From NCBI GenBank assembly GCA_013822735.1, contig PNKZ01000025.1, positions 15,407-79,406 of the forward strand: a stretch of 64,000 nucleotides of DNA. Direction: 5' to 3'. The notes beneath the pieces are model-generated. The model ran no database searches, was not told the origin of the DNA, and worked only from the letters and a program-made list of their open reading frames with translations. Below, piece by piece: positions 25,475 to 35,700 of this stretch (within the stretch, counting starts at the first letter, position 1; each line of letters begins with the position of its first letter). This DNA is from Pirellula sp. (GTDB taxonomy: Bacteria > Planctomycetota > Planctomycetia > Pirellulales > PNKZ01). The position numbers and the translations under genes are program-made.

Positions 25475-27316
25475 ATGAACGCAACCTGCCGCACAACGAA
25501 CGTCTCCGCGTCGCGAAATCCGTCGGGCTTTACACTCCTCGAGGTGCTCGTGGCGCTCTCGATCACGCTCATTCTCCTGGGCATGGTCATGGAGATGTTC
25601 GCCCGAGTGACCGACGGCATCCAGTCGAGCCGCGCCGGAATGGAACTCGGCGATCAACTGCGGCACGCCAAAAATCGCCTGATTCAAGATCTGCGCGGGG
25701 CGACCGCACCGACGGTGCCGCCACTCGATCCGACGATGCAACTCGGCTATTTCGAATACGTCGAAGGGCCGCGCATCGCAAACTCGCAATTTGCCTCCGG
25801 CAGCGTCGGCGGCGATCGGGGCGAAAATCTCGGCGGCAACTGGTTCACGAGCCGCGGGAGCAACAACAACCACGCCGTAAATTCCATCATCGGCGACACC
25901 GACGATATTCTGATGTTCACCACGCGGAGCGATTCGGAACCGTTCGTCGGCCGCACTGGCGTGAAGAACGGCGTTCCCCGCGGCGTTAAGTCGCGGCATG
26001 CGGAAGTCGCTTGGTTTCTTCGTCGCCGCACGCCTGACGAGGTCAGAAATATTCGGAACGATTCGCGTCCGGAGTATTACACGCTCCATCGCCGGCAGTT
26101 CCTCGTGCTACCGAACGGCGGATATTGGGGCGCGCTCACTTATGCGAACGTGGACCATTCGCTCCGGCCCGAGGGAGGGAACTTCGACAATCAAGTCGTT
26201 CCGACCAATCTTGTGACGGGCAAAAAGGCCCTGGATCCGAGCACGTTTCGCAACACGCTCGGCGACTTGACGAAGCGCGAATGTCGTTCGCTGCACCAGC
26301 CGTATTTGTGGCCCTACCAGATGATGTACATCGCGCCGCAGTTCATTTACCTCAATCAAAACGCGAGCTATCACTCATCGTTCAATCCCGCCCTGTTGGG
26401 AACCGATCTGCCGAGCACCTACGCCTATGCCTACAACGTGCCGACGTCGATGCTCTCGCTGCCGACGTTGGCCGAGCAATCGCACGGCACCTTTCCCTTG
26501 CCGCAGCCGGAAAAGTTAGCCGGCACAGGTAACTACATTCCCAAGTTTACGTTTACCCCGACGCCGCCGCCGGGCTTCGTCGGCGGCACGCGCTACCATC
26601 AGCAGGGCACGCGCATCGGCGCCGACGTCATCCTCACGAACGTCGTAGGCTTCGACGTCAAGGCGTGGGATCCCGGCGCTCCGGTGTTTAGCGCGCCGTC
26701 GACTTCGCAAAATCCCAACAACGCCGGAGTCGTGCTGCCGGGCGACGCCGGCTACGTCCGCGCCGTCGACCTGTTCAACTCCGGGCCGACGACCGCCTCG
26801 CGACAACCGATCGGCTTCGGCGCCTTCGCCGACTTGAACTACATGGGGACGGACGCAGCGGCGCCGACGAATACCGCGCGCTATCGCACTTATCAAGACA
26901 CCGGCGACCCGGCGAAGGCTTCCGCATTGCAGCGCATGGAGAAAGGTTCGCCGTTCAACGGTCGTTGCGCCGTACCGCGCGCGCAGTTTGCTTATCCAGG
27001 CGACGGGCCGCTGTCCGGCACTCCGACGCACGGCTTCGCTCGCCCGGCGATCTGGGACAGTTGGTCGACCCACTACGAGTTCGACGGCATCGACAACAAC
27101 GGCAACGGGGTCATCGACGACTTCACCAATGGAGTCGACGACAACAATAACGGCTTGGTGGATGAGCCGAACATCTACGCGCAGTCGGGCGAGCAAGAAG
27201 CGCCGCCCCCCTATCGCTCGCCGCTGCGCGGCCTGAAGATCACGCTTCGCGTGATGGAGCAAGACAGCAAGGAAGTGCGCGAAGTGACGATCGTGCACGA
27301 ATTTGTACCGTTGTAA
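25475..27316 (+). CDS. Large prepilin-type (class III signal peptide) pseudopilin-like protein
   Basis: ATG at 25475 gives an 18-aa leader MNATCRTTNVSASRNPSG followed by FTLLEVLVALSITLILLGMV (G|F cleavage site, Glu at +5). 613 aa. The C-terminus carries the Asp/Asn/Gly-rich loops FDGIDNNGNGVIDDFTNGVDDNNNGLVDEP. Confidence 0.7.
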   Translation: MNATCRTTNVSASRNPSGFTLLEVLVALSITLILLGMVMEMFARVTDGIQSSRAGMELGDQLRHAKNRLIQDLRGATAPTVPPLDPTMQLGYFEYVEGPRIANSQFASGSVGGDRGENLGGNWFTSRGSNNNHAVNSIIGDTDDILMFTTRSDSEPFVGRTGVKNGVPRGVKSRHAEVAWFLRRRTPDEVRNIRNDSRPEYYTLHRRQFLVLPNGGYWGALTYANVDHSLRPEGGNFDNQVVPTNLVTGKKALDPSTFRNTLGDLTKRECRSLHQPYLWPYQMMYIAPQFIYLNQNASYHSSFNPALLGTDLPSTYAYAYNVPTSMLSLPTLAEQSHGTFPLPQPEKLAGTGNYIPKFTFTPTPPPGFVGGTRYHQQGTRIGADVILTNVVGFDVKAWDPGAPVFSAPSTSQNPNNAGVVLPGDAGYVRAVDLFNSGPTTASRQPIGFGAFADLNYMGTDAAAPTNTARYRTYQDTGDPAKASALQRMEKGSPFNGRCAVPRAQFAYPGDGPLSGTPTHGFARPAIWDSWSTHYEFDGIDNNGNGVIDDFTNGVDDNNNGLVDEPNIYAQSGEQEAPPPYRSPLRGLKITLRVMEQDSKEVREVTIVHEFVPL

Positions 27317-27410
27317 TCGATGCACATTTCGCTTGGCATCCGCATGCCGCGCGCGTTACGGTGACGGGAACTGACTCCCGCCTTTCCGAACGTCGCCCCG
27401 AGGTGCTTCG

Positions 27411-27701
27411 ATGTCCCAAAGTCCCGCTAAGCGTCGATTGGCGACGATTCTCGTATACGTCTACTCCAACGGCTTCGCAGGCTACGCCGTAGCGCCGCGC
27501 GTGGAAGGAGACGATCGTCCGCGGGAAATGAATCTCACCGGTACGACATTGCCCCTTTACGCGTGCTATGAAATCGCCGGCGACTACGTGCCGCGCATCT
27601 CCGAGGCCCAAACGAGAATCGGGGAGCTCGAAGAAGGTATCCTCGCGCTGAAAGAGCGCGGGTTTCAAGTGACGAAAATCTCCGACGATACGGATGATTG
27701 A
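27411..27701 (+). CDS. Hypothetical small protein
   Basis: 96 aa with an ATG start and codon usage like its neighbours. No recognisable motif. Followed immediately by a REP-like element. Confidence 0.4.
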   Translation: MSQSPAKRRLATILVYVYSNGFAGYAVAPRVEGDDRPREMNLTGTTLPLYACYEIAGDYVPRISEAQTRIGELEEGILALKERGFQVTKISDDTDD

Positions 27702-27702
27702 T

Positions 27703-27735
27703 GGAGGGCGGGTCGAGCAAGGCGAGGACCACGCG
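27703..27735. repeat. Degenerate REP-like copy (GGAGGGCGGGTCGAGCAAGGCGAGGACCACGCG)
   Basis: Aligns with 16225..16258 with a few substitutions. Again lies between convergent genes (27701 + / 27743 -). Confidence 0.65.
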
Positions 27736-27742
27736 ACGTTTC

Positions 27743-28606
27743 CTACGGCATCTGCTTACCCACGACGACGTCTTCCGCCGCGGAAGCAACCACGGCCGGC
27801 GCGCGGCGCCAGCCGTCTGCGGTGCGACGGAATCGTTCCGTCAGCTGCGATGCGAACAAGCCTTCGCTCGGTCGCCAGAGGTAACGATCGACGGTGATTT
27901 CATCGGTCGACGTCTTCAGCAGGTTGAACGAGTTGGGCTCTTCACGCAGGCGCGTTGAGGTGGTGGTGCCCGCTTGCACGACGAGCGCCGCGAACTGTCG
28001 GATGTCGTAACGCTGCGAGGTGTCGCCGGAAACGGCCCTGTGGAAATGGCCCGCGAGCAAGACGTCGGCGCGGCAAGCCGCCAACACCGGCATGGCTCGG
28101 GCTGCGCGTCCGACCAAGTCGTGACGGGAGTGCGGCGCGGGCAAGTCGAGCGGATGATGTGTTACGAGCACGCGCACGGCGCCGACCGGCGCACGCTCGA
28201 ACGCCGCCCGCACTTTCTCCAGCTGCGCGCCGTTCAATCGTCCGTTCTTCCAAGTCGAGGAGCGTGTGGTGTTGAGCCCTTGCACGACGAGTTCCTCGTC
28301 GGCGTAACCCGGCTCGGGATCGAAAGCGATGTACTTCTTGAACCCTCGCAACGGAGCGAATGCGCGGATCGCCAGATTGTAGAGCGGCACGTCGTGATTG
28401 CCCGGCACCACGATCTGCGGGCCGGGGAGCACCTCTAAAAAAGCGCGGGCCGCGCGAAACTCCTCGCTCCGCGCGCGCTGCGTGAGATCGCCCGACACGA
28501 TCACGACGTCCGGCGCGAGCGCGCGGATCGCGGCCGTGAGCGGCTCGACCGTCGCCGGATCGACGCGGCCGAAGTGGAGATCGGAAATGTGAACGAGCGT
28601 ACGCAT
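27743..28606 (-). CDS. Calcineurin-like metallophosphoesterase
   Basis: 287 aa with ATG at 28606. Motifs: HISDLHFG, VIVSGDLTQ, VPGNHD, VTHHP, GHFH. Confidence 0.85.
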   Translation of the reverse strand: MRTLVHISDLHFGRVDPATVEPLTAAIRALAPDVVIVSGDLTQRARSEEFRAARAFLEVLPGPQIVVPGNHDVPLYNLAIRAFAPLRGFKKYIAFDPEPGYADEELVVQGLNTTRSSTWKNGRLNGAQLEKVRAAFERAPVGAVRVLVTHHPLDLPAPHSRHDLVGRAARAMPVLAACRADVLLAGHFHRAVSGDTSQRYDIRQFAALVVQAGTTTSTRLREEPNSFNLLKTSTDEITVDRYLWRPSEGLFASQLTERFRRTADGWRRAPAVVASAAEDVVVGKQMP

Positions 28607-28645
28607 GCGGAAAGGGGTGAGGGGTTAGGGGTGAGGAGTGAGCGG
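28607..28645 (-). promoter_or_regulatory. C-rich leader element abutting the start codon (mRNA sense CCGCTCACTCCTCACCCCTAACCCCTCACCCCTTTCCGC-ATG)
   Basis: Derived by reverse-complementing 28607-28645. The core CCTCACCCCT-NN-CCCCT-N-ACCCCTT..TCCGC-ATG is shared with 36061..36106. It also contains the TAA stop and last codons of the upstream lipid kinase gene. Confidence 0.6.
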
Positions 28646-29560
28646 CGGATTGGTTACTGCGTCTTCAAGCGGCTGCGGCACAATGACGTTAAGCGCTGCC
28701 GGGCGGATGCGGTACTCCAGCGGCGATTCAAGCAGCACCACTTCGCCGTCGGCCGCGACATGAACATGCCGGCCGCTCAGGCGCAGCGAAAGCGCCGAGG
28801 TTTCGATCGTGTCGAAATCTTCCGCCTCGCGGAGGTTGCCGATCAAGGCGCGGAGCGCGAAGACAAACAGCCGCCATCGGCTCACATCGCGCGTGAGATA
28901 CACCGAAAGTTTGCCGCCGTCGAGCCGGGCGCGCGTGCCGAGCTTGAGGCCGCGGATTTCGTAAGGATTGTTGCCGATAAACACGAGCGGCGTGCGGCGA
29001 GTCGTCCGGAGTTCGTCGGCTTCAAGCGTCACGTGGATCAGCGGATAGCGGCCGAGCACGGTCCACATGGCGACCACGAAGGCCGACCACTTCCGCTTGC
29101 CGAGCCGTTGCTCATGTTCGCGCTCGCGAACGAGCGACGGATACAAGCCGACGCTCGAGTTGTTGACGAACGTTCGACCGTTCACTTCGCCGACGTCGAC
29201 CTGCACGATGCGCCCATCGACTAGGTTGCGCACCGCATCCTTCGCGGTCAAAGGAATGCCGAGGTCTTTCGCGAAGTGGTTGAGCGTTCCCATCGGCAGC
29301 ACTCCGAGCGCGGTCTCGGTTCCGGCGACCACGGCAGCGACGCCGCTCACGGTGCCGTCGCCGCCGGCGGCCACGAGCACTCGGCAACCTTCGGCAATCG
29401 CGCGGCGCGCCTCGCCGAGCAACTCCTCGCCGCGCTGAAACACGCGCACTTCCGCCGATACATTCTCCAGCGCGAACAGTTCTTCGAGTTGCTCGCGGCA
29501 GTTTCGCTTGTCGTCGAGGCCCGACTTCGCGTTGACCAGCACGATGATCGAGGATGCCAT
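28625..29560 (-). CDS. Diacylglycerol kinase catalytic-domain lipid kinase (YegS/BmrU-like)
   Basis: ATG at 29560 (MASSIIVLVNAKSG...); the ORF track extends to 29971. Motifs: VLVAAGGDGTVSGV, LGVLPMGTLNHFAKDLGIP. Confidence 0.85.
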   Translation of the reverse strand: MASSIIVLVNAKSGLDDKRNCREQLEELFALENVSAEVRVFQRGEELLGEARRAIAEGCRVLVAAGGDGTVSGVAAVVAGTETALGVLPMGTLNHFAKDLGIPLTAKDAVRNLVDGRIVQVDVGEVNGRTFVNNSSVGLYPSLVREREHEQRLGKRKWSAFVVAMWTVLGRYPLIHVTLEADELRTTRRTPLVFIGNNPYEIRGLKLGTRARLDGGKLSVYLTRDVSRWRLFVFALRALIGNLREAEDFDTIETSALSLRLSGRHVHVAADGEVVLLESPLEYRIRPAALNVIVPQPLEDAVTNPPLTPHP

Positions 29561-29782
29561 AATGGTAAGCCCGGCGTGGTAGCGGTAAAGACGCCGAGCG
29601 TCGCTGATCGAGCTGCGAGTCGCGAACCCAAAATTCGGACGGACGATGAAAATGCAAAGCGTGCGCCGCTCGGAAGGATTTCCTCCGAGGAACCGACGAA
29701 CGTCGTACGCTGAGATCGAAAAACCTATTGTAGACGACCGGGAATGTGGTCTCCGGGTGCGAAAATGCGATAAGCTCACAAT

Positions 29783-32473
29783 ATGATCGATCCACTTCCG
29801 CCCAATTTCGCTCCGCACGCCGCGTCGGCAGTCGACGTGGTTGCTCGACTGCAAACCGAACCGGCCCGAGGTTTGCCGGAGCCCGAGGCCGCGGCGCGGC
29901 GCGAGCGGTGGGGCTTCAATCGATTGCCGGAAGCGCAGAAACGTTCGCGATGGCAGCGGTTCCTCGACCAATTTCGGCAGTTCGTCGTCGTCATCTTATT
30001 AGTGGCGGCCGTGATCGCGGGCTACTTGGGTGACGTGGCCGACACGTTGGCGATTCTGGCGATCGTGGTTTTGAACGCCGCGCTCGGATTCTTTCAAGAA
30101 GACCGCGCGGAACGGGCGCTGGAATCCATGAAGAGCCTGTCGGCGCCGACGGCGCGTGTCCGCCGCAACGGCGCGCTGCAGGTCGTGGCCGCGGAGTTGC
30201 TCGTGCCGGGAGACGTCGTCGACCTGGAAGCCGGCGATTTGGTGCCGGCCGATCTGCGGTTGCTCGAGGCCTACGCACTCACGGCGCAGGAAGCGGCGCT
30301 CACCGGGGAATCGGTCCCCGTGGAGAAAGACGCGTCGGCCGTGGTGGATGCGGAGAGCGTGCCCGGCGATCGGATCAACATGCTCTTTGCGGGAACGACG
30401 ATCGTCGCGGGTAAGGGGATCGCCGTCGTCGCCGCGACGGGGCCGGCGACCGAGCTCGGACGCATTGCCGGCTTTTTGGCCGAAGAGCGCCGGGATGCGA
30501 CGCCGCTGCAGCGACGCTTGGCTTCGCTGGGTCGCGCCTTGGCAGTAGCTTGCTTAGCGATCGTTGCGGTGATCGCCGCCCTGCAACTGCTGCGCGGCTT
30601 GCCGCTCTCGGAGATTCTACTGCCGGCCGTGGGGTTGGCCGTCGCCGCCGTGCCGGAAAGCTTGCCGACGGTCGTCACGGTGACTTTGGCCCTGGGACTA
30701 CAGCGTTTGGTCCGTCGCCAAGCCTTGGTTCGCAAACTTCCCAGCGTCGAGACCCTCGGCTCGGTCACGATTATCTGTTCCGACAAAACCGGTACGCTCA
30801 CGCGCAATGAGATGACCGTACGCGAGGTGCGCGTCGGTGATGCGGCGTACGAAGTGACCGACGCGGGTTACGGGCTGGAGGGAGAGTTTCGCCGCTCCGA
30901 CGCCGTCGGTGGCGCCGCGGAAAGCGACGACGCCGACCTGCGACTTGCGCTCGCCGTCGGACTGCATTGCAACAATGCGACACTGCACCGCGGAGCCGCC
31001 GGGGAAGCGTCGCAGGTCGTGGGCGATCCGACGGAAGGGGCCCTGCTCGTGGCCGCCGCCAAGCAGGGTTTGTTCGTCGATGACGCACAAGCGCGCAAAG
31101 AACACGAGCTTCCGTTTGATTCCACTCGCAAAGCAATGTCGGTTGTCGTGCGCGGAGCCGACGATCGACGCCTGCTCTACACGAAGGGCGCGCCCGAGGT
31201 CGTGCTCGGCATGTGTACGACGGTACAAATCGCCGGCCGCGCAGAGCCGCTCACCGTCGATCGCCGCGCCACGGTGGTTCGTTCCGAAGCGGAGCTGGCG
31301 GGTCGGGCGCTGCGCGTACTCGGTCTGGCCTACCGCGAATTGCCGTCGGAGCGAGGCGGCGAACATGCGGAAGAGAACCTGACGTTCCTTGGTCTGGTCG
31401 GCATGATCGATCCGCCGCGTGACGAAGTGCGCGACGCCGTGGCCCGCTGCCGCGAGGCGGGCGTTCTCCCCGTAATGATCACCGGCGATCATCCGGCGAC
31501 GGCCCAAGCTATTGCCCGCGAGTTGGGAATTCTCGACGACTTGCGAACCGGCGTCCTCACGGGCCGGCAGCTCGACGATCTCGACGAAGACGCGCTCGAC
31601 GGACAAGTCGCAGCGACCGCCGTATACGCGAGGGTCTCGGCCGAGCATAAGTTGCGGATTATCCGCGCCTGGCGGCGTGTCGGCGGAGTCACGGCGATGA
31701 CCGGCGACGGCGTGAACGATGCCCCCGCGATTCAAGCCGCCGATATCGGAATTGCCATGGGCCGCACCGGCACCGACGTAACCAAGGCCGCTTCCGACAT
31801 GGTGCTGATGGACGACAACTTCGCCACGATCGTCAACGCGGTGGAAGAAGGGCGCGGCATTCTCGACAACATCAAGAAAGTGGTCCATTACCTGCTCGCC
31901 TGCAACGCCGGCGAGGTGCTCTTGATGTTCTTCGCGGCGCTGGCCGGCATGCCCGTGCCCCTCACCGCCATCCAGATTCTTTGGATCAACCTCATTACCG
32001 ACGGTCTACCGGCGCTCGCTCTCGCCACCGAGCCGCCGGAAGAAGATCTCATGCGGCGCAAGCCCAGGGCCGTCGACGCCGCGTTGATTTCGCGCGGTCG
32101 GGCCGTCGAGATAATGTTTCATGGGCTGCTCGTCGGCGGCGCTTCGTTCATTGCCTTCGTCGGTATGCTCCGTTTCTATCCGGGCGAACCGGCGGCGGCC
32201 CAGGCCGTCACCTTCTGCGTCATCGCGTTTGCGCAGTTGTTCTATGCGCACGCTTGCCGAAGCCGAAGGCGGAACCTGTGGCAACTCGGGCTCACGACCA
32301 ATCGCGCACTGACCGGCGCCTTGGCGCTTTCCGGCGTGCTGCAACTTGGCGCCGCGTGGCTCGCCGGCGAAAGCCGCGTGTGGACCGATCCGCGTGTTTG
32401 GGCCCTCGGCGCCCTGGCGCTCGTGCCGCTGCTGGCGTGTGAACTGGTGAAATGGCTCCGGAGAGCGAAGTAG
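29783..32473 (+). CDS. P-type cation-transporting ATPase (type II, Ca2+/Mg2+-ATPase-like)
   Basis: 896 aa. Motifs: TGES, phosphorylation motif ICSDKTGTLT, MITGDH, TGDGVNDAPA. About 10 predicted TM helices. Confidence 0.9.
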   Translation: MIDPLPPNFAPHAASAVDVVARLQTEPARGLPEPEAAARRERWGFNRLPEAQKRSRWQRFLDQFRQFVVVILLVAAVIAGYLGDVADTLAILAIVVLNAALGFFQEDRAERALESMKSLSAPTARVRRNGALQVVAAELLVPGDVVDLEAGDLVPADLRLLEAYALTAQEAALTGESVPVEKDASAVVDAESVPGDRINMLFAGTTIVAGKGIAVVAATGPATELGRIAGFLAEERRDATPLQRRLASLGRALAVACLAIVAVIAALQLLRGLPLSEILLPAVGLAVAAVPESLPTVVTVTLALGLQRLVRRQALVRKLPSVETLGSVTIICSDKTGTLTRNEMTVREVRVGDAAYEVTDAGYGLEGEFRRSDAVGGAAESDDADLRLALAVGLHCNNATLHRGAAGEASQVVGDPTEGALLVAAAKQGLFVDDAQARKEHELPFDSTRKAMSVVVRGADDRRLLYTKGAPEVVLGMCTTVQIAGRAEPLTVDRRATVVRSEAELAGRALRVLGLAYRELPSERGGEHAEENLTFLGLVGMIDPPRDEVRDAVARCREAGVLPVMITGDHPATAQAIARELGILDDLRTGVLTGRQLDDLDEDALDGQVAATAVYARVSAEHKLRIIRAWRRVGGVTAMTGDGVNDAPAIQAADIGIAMGRTGTDVTKAASDMVLMDDNFATIVNAVEEGRGILDNIKKVVHYLLACNAGEVLLMFFAALAGMPVPLTAIQILWINLITDGLPALALATEPPEEDLMRRKPRAVDAALISRGRAVEIMFHGLLVGGASFIAFVGMLRFYPGEPAAAQAVTFCVIAFAQLFYAHACRSRRRNLWQLGLTTNRALTGALALSGVLQLGAAWLAGESRVWTDPRVWALGALALVPLLACELVKWLRRAK

Positions 32474-32734
32474 TCATAAGCTGCGGCCGGTGCGCGCCTC
32501 GGTGAGCGGACGGGAATCGTGCCGGCGCGGAAAAAGGGACACATGCGCGTTTCCGCCGCTCAGGACGACGGCAATGGATGTGAATTCTTCGCGGCGTAAT
32601 TGCGCAATTGGTCCGCTAAGCCCCGGCCGTCTACAGAAATCTGTATAGAATTTAGGCAGCCGTTTGTTTTAATGGAACGACGGGCCGCACGCCCGTTCCC
32701 GCCCCTGCTTCCCGCCTTGCGAACCATCTTCAAT

Positions 32735-35700
32735 ATGACAACGTCCCTGCTGCGCTACGCTGCGCTCTTGAGCATATTTTTCGTCGGCACATTTGCCGCA
32801 AGCGACGTCGCCGCCGCGGATCCGGTGTCGTTCAATCGCGACATTCGTCCGATCCTCGCCGAGGCCTGCTTTCATTGCCATGGTCCGGATCCGGGCTCGC
32901 GCAAGGCCGACCTCCGGCTCGATCGCGAAGAGAGCCTGTTCGCGAAAGACAATCCGCTCGTGGTGCGCGGGAAGCCTGAGGCGAGCGAACTCTTTAAGCG
33001 CGTAACTTCCGATGACGCCGATCTGCGCATGCCGCCGCCGGATGCGCACAAGCAACTCAAGCCGGAACAGCGAGCTTTGCTCGGTCGCTGGATCGCCGAA
33101 GGCGCGAAGTGGCAACCGCACTGGTCGTTCATCGCGCCGGAGCGATCCGCACCTCCGGCCGTGAAACAACAAGCGTGGGTCCGCAACCCCATCGATCGCT
33201 TTCTCCTGGCTCGTATCGAAGCCGCGGGTTTGCAACCGGCCGCCGAAGCGGAGCCGGCAGCCTTGTGTCGCCGCGTGTTTCTCGACCTCACCGGTCTGCC
33301 GCCGACGCCGCAGGAGCTCGAACTCTATCTCAACGACTCCGGCTCAGATCGCTATGAGCGGCTCGTCGAGCGCTTGCTTGCGTCGCCGCGCTACGGCGAA
33401 CATCGCGGCCGCTATTGGCTCGATGCGGCCCGTTATGCCGACACGCACGGTTTGCACTTCGACAACTATCGCGAGATGTGGCCCTACCGCGATTGGGTCA
33501 TTGCGGCGTTCAATCGGAATCAGCCGTTCGATCAATTCACGATCGAGCAGTTCGCCGGCGACTTGCTGGAAAACCCGACGGTCGAGCAACGCATTGCCAC
33601 CGGCTTCCACCGTTGCAACATGACGACGAACGAGGGAGGAACGATCGCCGACGAAAACCTGGCGAACTATGCCCGCGATCGCGTCGAAACCACGAGTTGG
33701 GTTTGGCTTGGGCTCACGGCGAACTGCGCCGTCTGCCACGATCACAAGTTCGACCCGATCACGACGCGCGATTTCTATTCGATGAGCGCGTTCTTCCGCA
33801 ACACGACGCAAGGGTCGCACGACGGCAATATCAAAGACACCAAGCCGGTGCTGTTTCTACCCGCCGCGATGGACGCGCCGCGCTACAACGCGCTGCCCGG
33901 CGAAATCGAAGCGGGTCGCGCGGCCGTCGGGAAGCGGCGCGGCGAGGCGTTGAAGTTTGCCGAAGCGTGGCAAGCCGGCGTGATTCCGGCGGCGATCGAC
34001 CTCGCGCCGACGCAGCTCGCGGCCTTTGCCCCGTTGGCGAAGGGAGAGCTTTCCGTAGGCAAGGCCTCGCTCACAGCGAGCGAGCCGCTCGGCTGGCGGC
34101 CCGACGGCAAGTTCGGCTCCGCGCCGGTGTTGCCGGTCGACGGCGTGTTGGATTTCGGCGACGTGGCCCCGTTTGCCGTCGACAAGCCGTTTAGCGTGGC
34201 GTTGTGGGTTCGACCTTCGGCCGTGCTCAATGAGGGAACGTTGGCGGCCCGCTCGCCGTTGCGCGGCGTCGGACCGGGTTGGGATTTTTCGCTCTTCCAA
34301 GGAGGGAAGCTGTCGTTGAGCGTCAGTTCGGCGGCGCCGAAAAACAACATTCGCATCGTTACGCGCGCCGCGGTCGCGAAGCCGGGCGCGTGGATTCATC
34401 TGGCTGCGAGCTACGACGGTTCCGGCCGTGTCGAGGGCCTGCAGTTCTACGTGAACGGCAACCTGATCGATGCCAATCGTTCCGGCACGACGTTGGATAG
34501 GACGGTTCCCCCAGTGAAACCAGGAGCGAAGCCCGATGCCAAAGCTGTGGAGAAGGTCGTCGGCGCTTTGCGGATCGGCAGTCGCGCGTCGGGCGGTTCG
34601 CCGCTAACCGGCGGAGCACTCCAAGACGTCCGCGTATACGAGCGGCGCTTGTCGGCCAATGACATGCGAACTCTCGCGCAGCTTGCCGACGTTCGCGCGG
34701 CCGCAGCGATGCCGCCCGCCAAGCGTAACGCGAAGCAGAAGGAACAGCTCACCACGTTCTTCCTCGAGAACCTCGATCCGCCGTACGTCGCCGCCGTGGC
34801 GCACGTCGCGAAGTTGGAAGAGGAACGCAAGACCATTGAAGCTCGTTCGACCATCACGCACGTGCAAGAAGAAAAGATGAACACGCCGGCGATGGCCAAT
34901 GTGCTGTTGCGCGGCCAATACGACAAGCTCGGCGATCAAGTATCGCCGACCGTGTTCGCGGCCCTTTCGCCGCTGCCCGCCGGCGCGCAGCAAAACCGGC
35001 TCGGCCTCGCGAAATGGCTCGTCGATCCGAAGAATCCGCTCCCGGCGCGCGTCACCGTCAACCGCTTCTGGCAGGAAGTGTTCGGAACCGGTCTTGTGAA
35101 AACGTCCGACGACTTCGGCATTATGGGGGAATCGCCGAGCCATCCGGAGCTACTGGATTGGTTGGCCGTCGAGTTCCGCGAATCCGGTTGGGACGTCAAG
35201 CACATGTTCCGGGTGATGGTCACGTCGAGCGCGTATCGGCAAACTGCCGCGACGACGCCGGAGAAGTTGGCCAAAGATCGCGACAATCGCTTGCTCGCCC
35301 GCGGCCCGCGGTTCCGCATGGATGCAGAAATGATCCGCGACTACGCCTTGGCGATGAGCGGCGAGCTCTCCGGACGCATGGGAGGCCCCAGCGTCCGGCC
35401 TTATCAACCGGAAGGGATTTGGGACGTCGTCGGCCTGCCCGGCGGCAACACGCGTGAATACAAGCAAGACACGGGGGACAACCTGTATCGCCGGAGCATG
35501 TACACGTTTTTGAAGCGGATGGCGCCGCCGCCGAATATGGAAACGTTCAATGCCCCGGCCCGCGAGCTGAGTTGCTTGCGCCGCGACCGAACGAACACGC
35601 CCCTGCAAGCTTTAGTGACGCTCAACGATCCGACGTTCGTAGAAGCGGCCCGCAACACGGCCCAGCAAGTTTTGCGCTCGGCGGCCGATGAACCGGCTCG

